A stretch of DNA of 64,000 nucleotides from Candidatus Latescibacterota bacterium (GCA_965206595.1 OZ242214.1:3712001-3776000); one strand, 5' to 3'; positions 40,503 to 49,403 are shown, counted from the first letter of the stretch. Translations and numbers: made by a program. Notes: a model not told the origin generated them from the sequence alone.

Positions 40503-40563
40503 ACCACACACTGAACAATAACCCCCTGCGTATAGACACATTCCTATGCGTCACTGCCCACAA
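37660..40563 (-). CDS. Large exported hypothetical protein (paralog 2, tandem duplicate)
   Basis: 967 aa; unique signal-peptide start and C-terminal tail, otherwise a copy of paralog 3. Confidence 0.8.
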   Translation of the reverse strand: MWAVTHRNVSIRRGLLFSVWLLSVVLLWPSEGGAQLVSRRSLLSRPVPEYENYGLQGYRRTGRQEFDRTTTLVFDDFGNLLMDGVELYRLSESHPVFDDPTTEARDPGSRLKKSLLYHEFLARLVLAKDTYVGANQRLIIGDRIRTRFSSLAMDMAALNGIRWDWDFGRHGLTLVTSRLDRPIYELEAIFSYEDNVHYDSRVEEVRGLSRSLLAAFLLGGHGQTRVGMFDVGVSYLNQFRVDTQVGLAQNSLKGTLPVHDPGGIGVARRPSFIEYLVVKIADETERDGQGARVFDVRLFINGAARDDLRPVITRHDTEVLEQSNLGANANNDRLFPRGRTIPPYVEFIKSAAAPEPFLPTETAGADGLEASGTEYLLYWFAMPEAGAREVRFEALVANDYEISVSEVFVAGLVSKESNRPQDRNRATYFYRVAGSQGRVTDLSNLGWVGFDYGRQTGVTVGGVTLSTAVLGFQLSAEYDLNWDFRQYSDLGGRYHQRRAEAYYVNVKKDVGPGFLGGELFSISPHYTTTLSIQDGSLALYGGVPFFTDLGGTVDETRNNTMELDLVDDNDDRDVFPENHFLPAFADRDGVFPGLDGDLDGRPDINQNNNSLPDYLEPFLLYYVDPDDFVYGDDMNNNGVIDRREDDDKPDYPYDRDSEGFHLFSGGRWDNGLQLRLGMLDLRQVLGGGRNWMRYGKAEYTRDEPSLGRIQAVNFLKRVKDTIPDELYRFSHDDTFGPLGPITPVGTRGVNPDDLIGIGITWYQDRPLRMRNSVVNTTFVEGRLKWFPGFSVRANAKLNLNFQRQTSVQKANRIQDWTSVIAADYVWTRGNWTVRPQLKYMARRTTDRKAVVLPAHEVHYYPILRLDFRLSPNTVVKLGVQAPGRYRDILNDSADYESQDYLAMVTNTSSYSGYEMSFNAGYQLKRRRMDDRSRGIEDIDYSHFFVRMVVGLRASEGRKTAVARNAGT

Positions 40564-40606
40564 CTCCCATGGTGCCGTTTGCGCCCAGGCATAAACGGCA
40601 CAGCCA

Positions 40607-43339
40607 CTATTCGAAGTACAGCTGCAGGAACACTTCTTTCGATGACGCGGATCGACGGCTGAGAGCGCTCCGGGCGTCTATGCTTTGGCGACGGAACCCG
40701 AGGTTGAGACGCACGTCATATCCGGAGTAATTCCCGCGATTCTGAAACAAGAACACCTGACTCATCGCATCGTGCTCGACGAAGGGCCAGGCGACATTCC
40801 GAAACCGCTCCTTCAGCATCGGAAAGCCCTGGATTCCCACTCGCAATACATTGCCCCAGGTCACTGCGTAATCCATCCGGAGGATGGGTATCACATGGCG
40901 CGTGTGCAGGAGTGGATGCCGTCCCGAAGACGGTACCTTTCTGTGCTCGGTCAGAAACTTGAACATGGGCATGACCGTGAGCTGCCCGAGCTTCCACTCG
41001 TAGTCAGCTCGCGCTACAAACGCTCGCCAACGATCCCGACTCTTCTCCTGAACCGACCCGTCGTCGAACTCCGTGCGCCGACGGTCATTGACTTCATAAC
41101 GCAGCTTGGACGACACATTCAGATGGGGGATACCCGTGAACCTCGTCTCCACGAACACCAGGTTGACCAGGCTGTTGCGCATGGGCAGCGTATCCGGCTG
41201 GATTGCGCCCTCCGCGTCGAAGCCAGCAAACTGCAGGTCCCCTCCCCGGATGTCCGCCGGTATGTCGTCGTTCACCCGTTTGACCCTGTAATACACATCG
41301 ATCCTACCCATCCCCTCGCGTCCAACCCCATAGTGCAGCTTCGAATACAGCACCCTGTTGCGCCCCCCACCCGTGGTGCTCCTGAGGCGATACCAGCCGA
41401 CCGAATTCTGTAGCGTGGGAGTCAGGTCGAGCCGGGCGAACAGATGCCGTCCGCGCCGATCCAGATCGTACGGGTAGTCGGGACGGTTGTCGTCCTGTCG
41501 GACATCCACTGTCCCGTTGTTGTCGAAGTCGTCGCCGTACGTGTATCCATCCGGATCCACATAGTACATCAGGAACGGCTCCCGGTAGTCCGGAATCTGG
41601 TTGTCGTTGACGTTCGTATCGATAATTCCATCGCCATCCTCGTCCAGCCCGGGAAAAATCCCGTCCCCGTCGCGCGGATCCCGGCTGTTCGGCCATTCGT
41701 CATCGTCCGGCCATTCATCCTGGTCATCGTTGTCCTCGACCAGATGGTAGAGCTTCGCGACCGCGTTGGGCGATCCCGGATCCACAGCCTCCAACGAGGT
41801 CCTGTAGGTCGAAGGGAGATCGAACAGCTCAGCACCTACATGGGCCCGAAAGAAACGGCGTGAAGCGTTGACGAAGTAGGCTTGCGTGCTCTGCTTGTGC
41901 CACGCCCCCGAGATGCCGGGATAGGTATAGTACCCCACGTTGTTCACGACCTCCCCACGAATCACGGCGCCGAGAATATCGAGTTCAGCGTCTGTCCCAT
42001 ACGTCGCCAGGCCCGTGGGAAACCCGTAATCGAAGGATACCCAGCCCAGATTGGAACGGTCGCGCACGTTGCCCACCGCACGTCGGACATTGTGCCAATC
42101 CGCCCAGTACCCCACGCGCGTAGCCACATCGATCGAGTAGTCGTTTGCTACCAGAGCCCGGAATTGAACCGAACGTGCCTGCGGGGGTATCTGATATTTG
42201 AACAGGATTACATCGGTGCCGCTGGCCTCCAGGGGCTGTCCCCCGGTCAGCGCTACCGGCTGGGGAGGGGGGCCGTGGCGTGGATTCCCCGTCCTGTCGT
42301 CGGCCCCCCTCTGTCTCAGAATCGCTTCCAGACGCGAAAGAGGACCTATGTCAGTGTTGTGGCTGAGCGCCTCAGGCAGCCATGGCCCGTCGGCACGCAC
42401 GTAGGACAGTAATTGAGTCCGAAGCGGCAATTTTTCTATGACGAGCGGACTCGCCTTGGTATACGAATGGATTTGTGGTATCAACACCGCCTCGGGCTGG
42501 AGGTTCGCGCGCACCCCGTCGATGTAAACCTCCAATGCGTGGACTTGTGCACCAGACCCATCCCCCGGACTGTCATCACTGAAGATCACATACAGCTCCT
42601 CTAACGGACCTCCCCCACCCAAATCAACAGGAACCACCCCGCGCTGAATACGCCCCCCCTTGCGCCGAGTAGCATCACTGCGGAAGGTGGTCACGTAAGA
42701 AAGCCCCATCGTCAGGAGATCTCCGACGGTGTTTTCCCACCGACCCCCGAACAGATAGGTCGAATGCCGATCCGCACCCACATCCTCGGTACGTGGGGCG
42801 GGGTTGGAGATCCTGGACCCCAGAACGGTGAAGCGGTTGCGCCGGGTGGCCCCATCCCACCGAATCCCGCTGAACCGCGCCCGGCTGAACGTCAGCGAGG
42901 TGAACTTGGTGCGTATCGCATGCCCGATGAGGACGCGATTGGACCACCCGCCGAAGTCATCCCTGGCGATCATCAAGTTCTGGAAAATGCTGTTTGACAG
43001 ATCGCTCTCGAAGAGAAGACTCCCCCGGCTCGGCGCGATGCCGCGGAACTCCTGCAGGCGAAACAGGTCCAGGCCATCCGCAAGGTAATTGCCGAACGGA
43101 TCGTACTGTCTACGCTCCAGCTCCAGCGTAAAGCCATCGACTGGAGCGGTGTCCCTGGTCCCGCCGCCTCCCGTTCCCAGAATCGGCTGCAGCGCATCCC
43201 GATACCCGATCGATCCGTAGTTCTCGTACGCCTCCCCCCACAGGGGGTAGTAGTCCCTGGAGATGAACTGCCCCGAAGCCCCCGAGGCGAGGACGAACAG
43301 GACCCATGGCACCATGATGGAGAGCCTTCGAAAACGCAC
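40607..43339 (-). CDS. Large exported hypothetical protein (paralog 1)
   Basis: GTG 43339 with GGAG upstream; signal peptide ending ASGASG-Q; YENYG, YDPFGN, IRTKFTSL, GIRWD, ALVANDY, Asp-rich block; ends EVFLQLYFE. Confidence 0.8.
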   Translation of the reverse strand: MRFRRLSIMVPWVLFVLASGASGQFISRDYYPLWGEAYENYGSIGYRDALQPILGTGGGGTRDTAPVDGFTLELERRQYDPFGNYLADGLDLFRLQEFRGIAPSRGSLLFESDLSNSIFQNLMIARDDFGGWSNRVLIGHAIRTKFTSLTFSRARFSGIRWDGATRRNRFTVLGSRISNPAPRTEDVGADRHSTYLFGGRWENTVGDLLTMGLSYVTTFRSDATRRKGGRIQRGVVPVDLGGGGPLEELYVIFSDDSPGDGSGAQVHALEVYIDGVRANLQPEAVLIPQIHSYTKASPLVIEKLPLRTQLLSYVRADGPWLPEALSHNTDIGPLSRLEAILRQRGADDRTGNPRHGPPPQPVALTGGQPLEASGTDVILFKYQIPPQARSVQFRALVANDYSIDVATRVGYWADWHNVRRAVGNVRDRSNLGWVSFDYGFPTGLATYGTDAELDILGAVIRGEVVNNVGYYTYPGISGAWHKQSTQAYFVNASRRFFRAHVGAELFDLPSTYRTSLEAVDPGSPNAVAKLYHLVEDNDDQDEWPDDDEWPNSRDPRDGDGIFPGLDEDGDGIIDTNVNDNQIPDYREPFLMYYVDPDGYTYGDDFDNNGTVDVRQDDNRPDYPYDLDRRGRHLFARLDLTPTLQNSVGWYRLRSTTGGGRNRVLYSKLHYGVGREGMGRIDVYYRVKRVNDDIPADIRGGDLQFAGFDAEGAIQPDTLPMRNSLVNLVFVETRFTGIPHLNVSSKLRYEVNDRRRTEFDDGSVQEKSRDRWRAFVARADYEWKLGQLTVMPMFKFLTEHRKVPSSGRHPLLHTRHVIPILRMDYAVTWGNVLRVGIQGFPMLKERFRNVAWPFVEHDAMSQVFLFQNRGNYSGYDVRLNLGFRRQSIDARSALSRRSASSKEVFLQLYFE

Positions 43340-43629
43340 GGATGCTCCCTGGGTCAGAGGTCCACAAGAATGAATTGAGGAGCGAAATACCATACGGCCC
43401 TTGAGGAATTCGCGGTCACTCCTGACTCCCCGGTGAGGGCGCCTGGGGAGCGAACAGTCAACTGCAGGGGACGAATGCTGTCCGGGGCAAATGAGTTTCC
43501 ATGGCAAGAGGGTCGATGAGCCGGGATGGATCGGCGCTCGTGCAGAAACGGGAATTAAGCCAGGCAGCACTTGATCCATCCCTCGAGATTACGTGCAAAG
43601 CGCGGGCCGCCCCCACGGCCGGAAGAAGC

Positions 43630-45699
43630 TTAGTACACGAGGCCTACGGTGCCGACGCGTCGCTCATCCCCTTCATCCGCTTCCACCAGCAACTCATACA
43701 GATAAATCCCCGGAGGCACGACGTTTCCGTGGGAATCTGTTCCATCCCAGCGACCCGGCGGGGACTGCGAACCGCCGTCATACCGTCGCGCAGACAGTGG
43801 ACCGGCGTGCAACTCCCGGACAAGCGATCCGTCCAAAGAGAAAACCCGAACCGATACGGGGGCACCTTCCGCCTTGGCCAGCGTGAAAACGATGGTAGCC
43901 TGGTCGTTCCTGCCATCCCCGTTCGGCGTGAAAATGGCGGGCTGTGCCTGCGCGTCTATTAACACTTGACCCAACACTTGAGGGGCGGAAACCAACCATC
44001 CTCCCTCCTGCACATCTTCGACCACGTTCTGCGGATTTTCCGAATCCAGCGCGAGCAGCTGGGCGCTCCAGGAGTGAGCAATCGTGTAAATCGCGGCCCT
44101 CATATGAATCGACAACTGCACATCCTCGTTCAATGGAGGATCGAAAGGGATCTCCAACCCCCTGTCGGTCATTCCGGCGCCAACCACCTCACTGCCAGTG
44201 CCTTCCAGCCCGTCGACGGGTGAAACGGGGTCGAGCGTCACCGGTCCCGGAACCGCGATGATCAGCCGCTCAACACCACTGTTCTGCCCGGAAATCTCCA
44301 AATCAAGATCGTACGTGAAGGTCGTATCCCTCCCCATCTCCACACTCAGCGGCGAAATCCGCCCCGAGGCTGATCCGGCGGGCACGTCATCCACAGAGGA
44401 TTCCACCGTGATACTCCGAAACCGGGGGGTCACGCCCTCCACGCTCGTCGACAGTCGTACCCGGTATTGGAACTGGCCCGCGGGCTCGGGCGCCTCGACG
44501 AAGGTATTGCTGTCCTCGTACGCGTATTCCCTCGTCCACGCACTCCACTCGCCGTCTACCATCGTCCTGAATTGGAGAGCTATCGAGGTACCGACGGGCA
44601 CGTCCGCCTCCCAGGTGATCCTGCCGATGTTCTTCGCCCCCTGTTCGCCGAGATCCAGGGGCTCGGATTGGAACGTCCCGACGGCACTGTAGGCCTCACC
44701 ATACACCTCGATCTCGGCCACATCCGGCGAACTGACCCCGTCAATCTCGGCGACTACAATCCGTATGTATCGTGCCAGGGCGGGCTCGAAACGGACCGAG
44801 GTCTCCTCGTACTCGGTGATCCCGTGCAGAACCGCGACTTCCGACCAGCGAAACTGGTCTTCGCTCACCTGAACCGAATACCCCTTCAGGGAATTGATGA
44901 AATAGCTACCCGACCTGCCTGAGGGTGCCTTGGTTATCACCCGGACCCCGCTCACCCTGCGAACCTCCCGCAGGTCCATGCTCACATGCTTGTTCAGGGC
45001 ATTCGCACCGGGTGTCCACGAACTGGTCAGCACCCCATCGTTGGCTTCCAGGACGCTGGAGGGCTGCCCCAAAGCCAGATTCCGACCATCAATCGAGCTC
45101 AGCGCAATCCCCCCTTCCGCAGTTCCGATGTCCACGTCTCCAGGATAACCCGCCACAGGCACAACCGATGGATTCGTACGCCCCGCTATCTGCGTCGGAT
45201 CCAGGGTGCCGGACTGAACCAGCGGGGCCTTGCTCCAGTCCACCTCAGCCAGGTCCGGATCCTCGCTGGACCATCGCCATGCCCCCTCCCGTTCCTCCCG
45301 ATTCCCCAACTTCGTGCCCGTGTGCTGCACACCGGTCTCCAGCTCCACCAGCAGCCCGCTCCCGTTCCCATTCCCCTCACTGGTCACTCGCACTAGTATT
45401 TCATTGGTGCCCCGGTCGACCGATATCTGATAGGTCTCCATCGTCGTCCAGTCGTCGTCGGACCCGATAGTCGTACCATTGAGCCACAGCTCGTACCGAT
45501 CCACCGCGGTCAGCCGTATCGCCCCATCACCCGCTACATCGGCTTCGAACTCGCTATAGTACCATGCCGTATTGTCCCAGGAGGCCTCCCGGCACACCCC
45601 CGAATCGCACTCCATCTCCGACGCGACATGCGCCGGTACGGTGAGAAGGAAAACCGATAGACTCAGGTTCCTGAGCTGCTCGTGGCTGCGCTTCATCAT
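43630..45699 (-). CDS. Exported discoidin (F5/8 type C/CBM32-like) domain protein with C-terminal FlgD Ig-like domain
   Basis: NLALGQP..ANDG..SW..MDL..YSVQVSED..W..ARYIRI..VAEIEVYG; C-terminal IFTPNGDGRND..WDGTDSHGNVVPPGIYLY. Confidence 0.85.
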   Translation of the reverse strand: MMKRSHEQLRNLSLSVFLLTVPAHVASEMECDSGVCREASWDNTAWYYSEFEADVAGDGAIRLTAVDRYELWLNGTTIGSDDDWTTMETYQISVDRGTNEILVRVTSEGNGNGSGLLVELETGVQHTGTKLGNREEREGAWRWSSEDPDLAEVDWSKAPLVQSGTLDPTQIAGRTNPSVVPVAGYPGDVDIGTAEGGIALSSIDGRNLALGQPSSVLEANDGVLTSSWTPGANALNKHVSMDLREVRRVSGVRVITKAPSGRSGSYFINSLKGYSVQVSEDQFRWSEVAVLHGITEYEETSVRFEPALARYIRIVVAEIDGVSSPDVAEIEVYGEAYSAVGTFQSEPLDLGEQGAKNIGRITWEADVPVGTSIALQFRTMVDGEWSAWTREYAYEDSNTFVEAPEPAGQFQYRVRLSTSVEGVTPRFRSITVESSVDDVPAGSASGRISPLSVEMGRDTTFTYDLDLEISGQNSGVERLIIAVPGPVTLDPVSPVDGLEGTGSEVVGAGMTDRGLEIPFDPPLNEDVQLSIHMRAAIYTIAHSWSAQLLALDSENPQNVVEDVQEGGWLVSAPQVLGQVLIDAQAQPAIFTPNGDGRNDQATIVFTLAKAEGAPVSVRVFSLDGSLVRELHAGPLSARRYDGGSQSPPGRWDGTDSHGNVVPPGIYLYELLVEADEGDERRVGTVGLVY

Positions 45700-45736
45700 T
45701 CGGACCGCCTCGAAATCACCCAAAAAATCCCCTTGG

Positions 45737-45779
45737 AAAAAAGAGGAGGTGGAGGAAGGACATGGCCCTCCTCCACCTC
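45737..45779 (-). terminator. Rho-independent terminator after the FlgD/T9SS-CTD gene
   Basis: 11-bp stem gaggtggagga (45746-45756) / tcctccacctc (45769-45779), followed on the minus strand by CTC and a T run. Confidence 0.75.
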
Positions 45780-45802
45780 GGTTACACGATCGGCGACTCT
45801 CT

Positions 45803-47803
45803 TTACTTGAGCAGGGTCATCTTCTTGGCCTGCTCGTGGTCCCCGACCTTCAAACGGTAGAAATAGATGCCGCCGCCAACGGCCTTTCCGCCGTCGTCGT
45901 TCCCGTTCCAACTGGTGCGATAGGACCCCGCCGACATGAACTGGTTAACCAGCGTGGACACTATCTGGCCCTGGCTGTTGAGTATCATCAACTTGGCATG
46001 GCCATCGGTGGGAATGGCGAACTCGATCGTCGTCTGCGCATTGAATGGGTTGGGGTACGCATCGCCCAGGTCAACCGCGTCCGGCGTTGCAGCGGACGTT
46101 TCCACGACCGCGGTCTCGACATCACCGATCAGAGCCTGCTCGATCCGGAAGGGCCAATGAGCGACCTGATAACCACCGAACTCGTCGTTCCAACCTGTCG
46201 CCCCTTCCTCCGCGGGCTTCTCGGCGGTCAGGATATAGAGTCCGTCCCAGTCAGACTGCTCGTGGATCATGTTCGTCCCCGAACCAGTCGCCTCGTGATT
46301 ACTGAGCGGAATATTGGGGCCCTGGGCGTGGAAGATCCCGGCGCCATCGGGGCCGTAGACCGCTCCGTAGGCCGGCTGGCGGGACATGTCTCCCTTCGAG
46401 CCCTCAGTCATGAAGACGAATCCCGGGATTGCCCCACCAGAGATGGAGACCGAATGGGACTCACCATCCGTCACAGGCTCAACACCCAGCGCCTGGGCTT
46501 CGCCAGCCCAGATGTTGTCATTGAAGCCGTCCCCAGTGTGGTTCTGGTAAATGAGGTCGCCGTCCCAGTCGACTTTGATCGGAACCCAAGGGATCGAACT
46601 TGGACCCCAACCGCCAGCGGACATGACGAACCCTTCATCGTCGATCGATATGCAGTTGATCATGCTCGCCGCGAGAGCCGTTTCGGTAACTTCCGGGTCG
46701 TGGCCGAATTGCTCCCACACCATGTAATCGGAGACGTCGATGATGTCGGTGACTTCGCCCGAGCTGGAATCCAGCTGGTAGATACCGGCGGACGGGGGAT
46801 CGTTGAACCACCCGTTGCCCATGTACAGGAAACCCTCGTAGTACTGCAGGGAGAAGAAGAAAGTGCCGTCATCGCCCTGGGCGATATTCTCCCCTGTTTG
46901 CCAGCTATTCGGTGGTTCCCCGAAGCCGGCCATGGGCTCGGAGGTCTGCGAATCCCAGTCTACGGTAACGCCGATGACGCCTACGCCGGCATAGCCGTAC
47001 ATCCAGTTCCTGGAGAAATCTTCAGGATCGATGGCCACGCCATGTGCCTGGCCACTCAGGATCTGTACCGGATCCCCGTCGTCGTTGGTCAAGCCGTAAT
47101 CCGGCAATTCGGTTGTGTATGCGGAGAGGATGTCGAAGGGATCGTCGGCATCCAGCCAGTTCCCCGGGGGGATCGGATACAGTGTGAAGCCGCCACCCAT
47201 ACCGCCGAGGAGGTGGCTTCTCGGCCCGCCCAGATCGTTATTGCAACATCCACCCAAACGGGCGGGGACCATGTGCATGTATCCCTGGCCCTGCATGACC
47301 TTCACCTCGGAGCTGCGCATCCGGAATCCGTAACCCGTGACGGCAACCCAGTTGGCGTCGGTGATGTTGTCGTAGCCCAGAACATAGAGGGTGTAGGTGC
47401 CAGGCTCGACGTCCTCTCCGGCCCAATCCGTGCCATCCCACAGGCAGGAATGCGATCCCACGTCAAACTGGCCGCACTCGACCACTTTCACCACGTTGGG
47501 GATCCCCTCCCTGCGAAGCAGCGCGTGGCCGCCATTCCATTCGGGTCTACCCGGGCCGCCGAAACCACCTGGAGTGGGCTGGTCCTTGGTGTAAATCGCC
47601 AGGTAGACCGTGGCTTGGGTACCCGACAGAGTAAAGGGAACCTCCGCGTTGCCGCTGAAATCGTAACTCACATTGCTCACTTCAATCCCGAGCATCGTGA
47701 GATCCTCGCTCCGCACGTACTCGTAGCCAGCGGTCCCCGCGTACGTCAGGGACGCACAGAGGGTGAGGATGACCACGGACATCAAAGTCAATTTGACTCT
47801 CAT
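45803..47803 (-). CDS. Exported protein with N-terminal FlgD-like Ig domain and C-terminal T9SS type A/FlgD-like domain
   Basis: Signal peptide; WDGTDWAGEDVEPGTY near the N-terminus; AYPNPFNAQTTIEF...GIYFYRLKVG...KKMTLLK at the C-terminus. AAGGAG RBS. Confidence 0.88.
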   Translation of the reverse strand: MRVKLTLMSVVILTLCASLTYAGTAGYEYVRSEDLTMLGIEVSNVSYDFSGNAEVPFTLSGTQATVYLAIYTKDQPTPGGFGGPGRPEWNGGHALLRREGIPNVVKVVECGQFDVGSHSCLWDGTDWAGEDVEPGTYTLYVLGYDNITDANWVAVTGYGFRMRSSEVKVMQGQGYMHMVPARLGGCCNNDLGGPRSHLLGGMGGGFTLYPIPPGNWLDADDPFDILSAYTTELPDYGLTNDDGDPVQILSGQAHGVAIDPEDFSRNWMYGYAGVGVIGVTVDWDSQTSEPMAGFGEPPNSWQTGENIAQGDDGTFFFSLQYYEGFLYMGNGWFNDPPSAGIYQLDSSSGEVTDIIDVSDYMVWEQFGHDPEVTETALAASMINCISIDDEGFVMSAGGWGPSSIPWVPIKVDWDGDLIYQNHTGDGFNDNIWAGEAQALGVEPVTDGESHSVSISGGAIPGFVFMTEGSKGDMSRQPAYGAVYGPDGAGIFHAQGPNIPLSNHEATGSGTNMIHEQSDWDGLYILTAEKPAEEGATGWNDEFGGYQVAHWPFRIEQALIGDVETAVVETSAATPDAVDLGDAYPNPFNAQTTIEFAIPTDGHAKLMILNSQGQIVSTLVNQFMSAGSYRTSWNGNDDGGKAVGGGIYFYRLKVGDHEQAKKMTLLK

Positions 47804-47975
47804 CTCATGCTCCTTGGTTCTACCAGATGAATAGTAACGCCTCCACCGAACTGTGAATCCGGCAAAGACCGCTTGCTGCCTCCTCTACTGACTGAAGATT
47901 ACTTACCGGATCTCCTCCTTTCTGCTTCTTCCGGTAACCAATCGGTTTAAGTGACATCGTACTCGCCTGCTTGCC

Positions 47976-48533
47976 CTACGACGTTCCGGGCACTATCACA
48001 AAATCATAGCCTTTGACGGTGACATTCTTCACCTGCGAACTGACCGTCAAGCGATGGTACTCCTCGAAGGGATACCACTTCTTGACCCCGGTTTCGGGTA
48101 CCAGGACCGCCGGCTCCTCCTCTGGCGGCTCGACTCCGATAATCCTGAAGGCCTCTGTCTCGTCGAAAGGGTCCATCTTTTGGAAACCGTAGTTCACGTA
48201 AGCGCACAAACTGTCCTTGATGATCGCGAAAACCTTCACCCCCTTCAGATCGTTCCATTTGGCATTCCCGTACGGCTGATTCCCCAACTGCGGGCGATAG
48301 GCGTCAGGTTCCCCGAAGCGAGCGACCAGTTCCTCCACGCTGCTGCCGAGCACGAAGTGGACATCGAGGTAGGTCTCGCCTTCGGCATCCCTCGCCGCCT
48401 TGAAGGCTGCAATTTTCGCACCTTCGTCCTGTGCGACTTCCTCGCTCTCGGAACAAGAAACGAGTTGAATTCCGCAACAGCTTAATGCGAAAACACCTCG
48501 AATTAATGCGAAAACACCTTGAGTTCCAAGCAC
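47976..48533 (-). CDS. Hypothetical lipoprotein
   Basis: LVSC lipobox-like motif and LVARFGEPD. The start is uncertain. Confidence 0.65.
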   Translation of the reverse strand: MLGTQGVFALIRGVFALSCCGIQLVSCSESEEVAQDEGAKIAAFKAARDAEGETYLDVHFVLGSSVEELVARFGEPDAYRPQLGNQPYGNAKWNDLKGVKVFAIIKDSLCAYVNYGFQKMDPFDETEAFRIIGVEPPEEEPAVLVPETGVKKWYPFEEYHRLTVSSQVKNVTVKGYDFVIVPGTS

Positions 48534-48558
48534 TAATTTTCCCGAATACCCCTGCGGA

Positions 48559-48987
48559 TCAAGACGTTCCCAGCAGGGCCTCCGCTTTCTTTTCGGTAGC
48601 GAGCACGATCTTCTCGATCCCGATCCGCTTCGCCGTTTCCATCAGATCAAGGACCAGTCCGTGCCGGGTATCCTTGTCGGTGCGAATGATCAACGTCACC
48701 ACCCTCACCCCCTCCTTCTCCCGCGCCAGCACGCCCTCCAGGCTTTCCAGCGTCACGGGATGGCGGTTCACTTCCATCACTCCGGCGCGATCGATCGTGG
48801 CCACCAGCTTTTTTTCCTCGATCATCGCCGCCTCTTCCGCCTCTGGGAGCAACACCTTCAGACGGTAGGGCTCTTGGAACACCGTGGTCACCATGAAGAA
48901 AATCAGCAGCAGGAACACGCAATCGATCAACGGAGTCAACTCCATCTCCCCCGACTCGACACCGCCCTCCCGACGTTCCGGTCCCAT
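48559..48987 (-). CDS. exbD: Biopolymer transporter ExbD/TolR
   Basis: LTPLIDCVFLLLIFFMVTT with the conserved Asp; IIRTDK..HGLVLDLMETAK. Confidence 0.93.
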   Translation of the reverse strand: MGPERREGGVESGEMELTPLIDCVFLLLIFFMVTTVFQEPYRLKVLLPEAEEAAMIEEKKLVATIDRAGVMEVNRHPVTLESLEGVLAREKEGVRVVTLIIRTDKDTRHGLVLDLMETAKRIGIEKIVLATEKKAEALLGTS

Positions 48988-48989
48988 CT

Positions 48990-49403
48990 TCAGGATCCCT
49001 GCAACTTGGCGAAGGCGATCCCCTTCACACCCACCCCCCTCGCCGCATCCACAACCTCCACCACTCGAGATTGGGCGGCATCCCGGTCTCCCTGGATGAT
49101 CACGTTGTCGTTCCGATTCTCCACCATCGCTCGCTCTATCCGGGCCCGCAGCTGGCCAGGGAGTACTTCCTCACCGCCGATTTCGACGCGGCCGTCCCGT
49201 TCGACGATGATGTTGATATCCTTCTTTTCCTGCTGCTCAGTGGCTTGGGACGCCCTCGGCAAGTCGACATCCAGCCCCCGTGCATGTATGAAAACCGTGG
49301 TCACCATGAAGAAAATCAACAACAGAAAAACACAGTCGATCAGGGGGGTCAGATCCACCGTTTCTTCGGTGATGAAGCTCTGTTTCGCTCGGTGACGGGC
49401 CAT
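48990..49403 (-). CDS. exbD: Biopolymer transporter ExbD/TolR
   Basis: LTPLIDCVFLLLIFFMVTT, VDLPRA, IIQGDRDA..VVEVVDAA. Confidence 0.93.
   Translation of the reverse strand: MARHRAKQSFITEETVDLTPLIDCVFLLLIFFMVTTVFIHARGLDVDLPRASQATEQQEKKDINIIVERDGRVEIGGEEVLPGQLRARIERAMVENRNDNVIIQGDRDAAQSRVVEVVDAARGVGVKGIAFAKLQGS

Noticed and set aside
31702-43339. Calling the four large paralogs TonB-dependent receptors (SusC-like)
   Set aside because: I recognise no plug-domain or TBDR C-terminal signature, so they are left as an unassigned family.
45572-47830. Long plus-strand ORFs antisense to real genes (also 27018-28907, 35077-37137, 19812-21521, and minus-strand 52281-54245)
   Set aside because: These are shadow ORFs expected from high-GC codon bias; they have no recognisable motifs and fully overlap well-supported genes.
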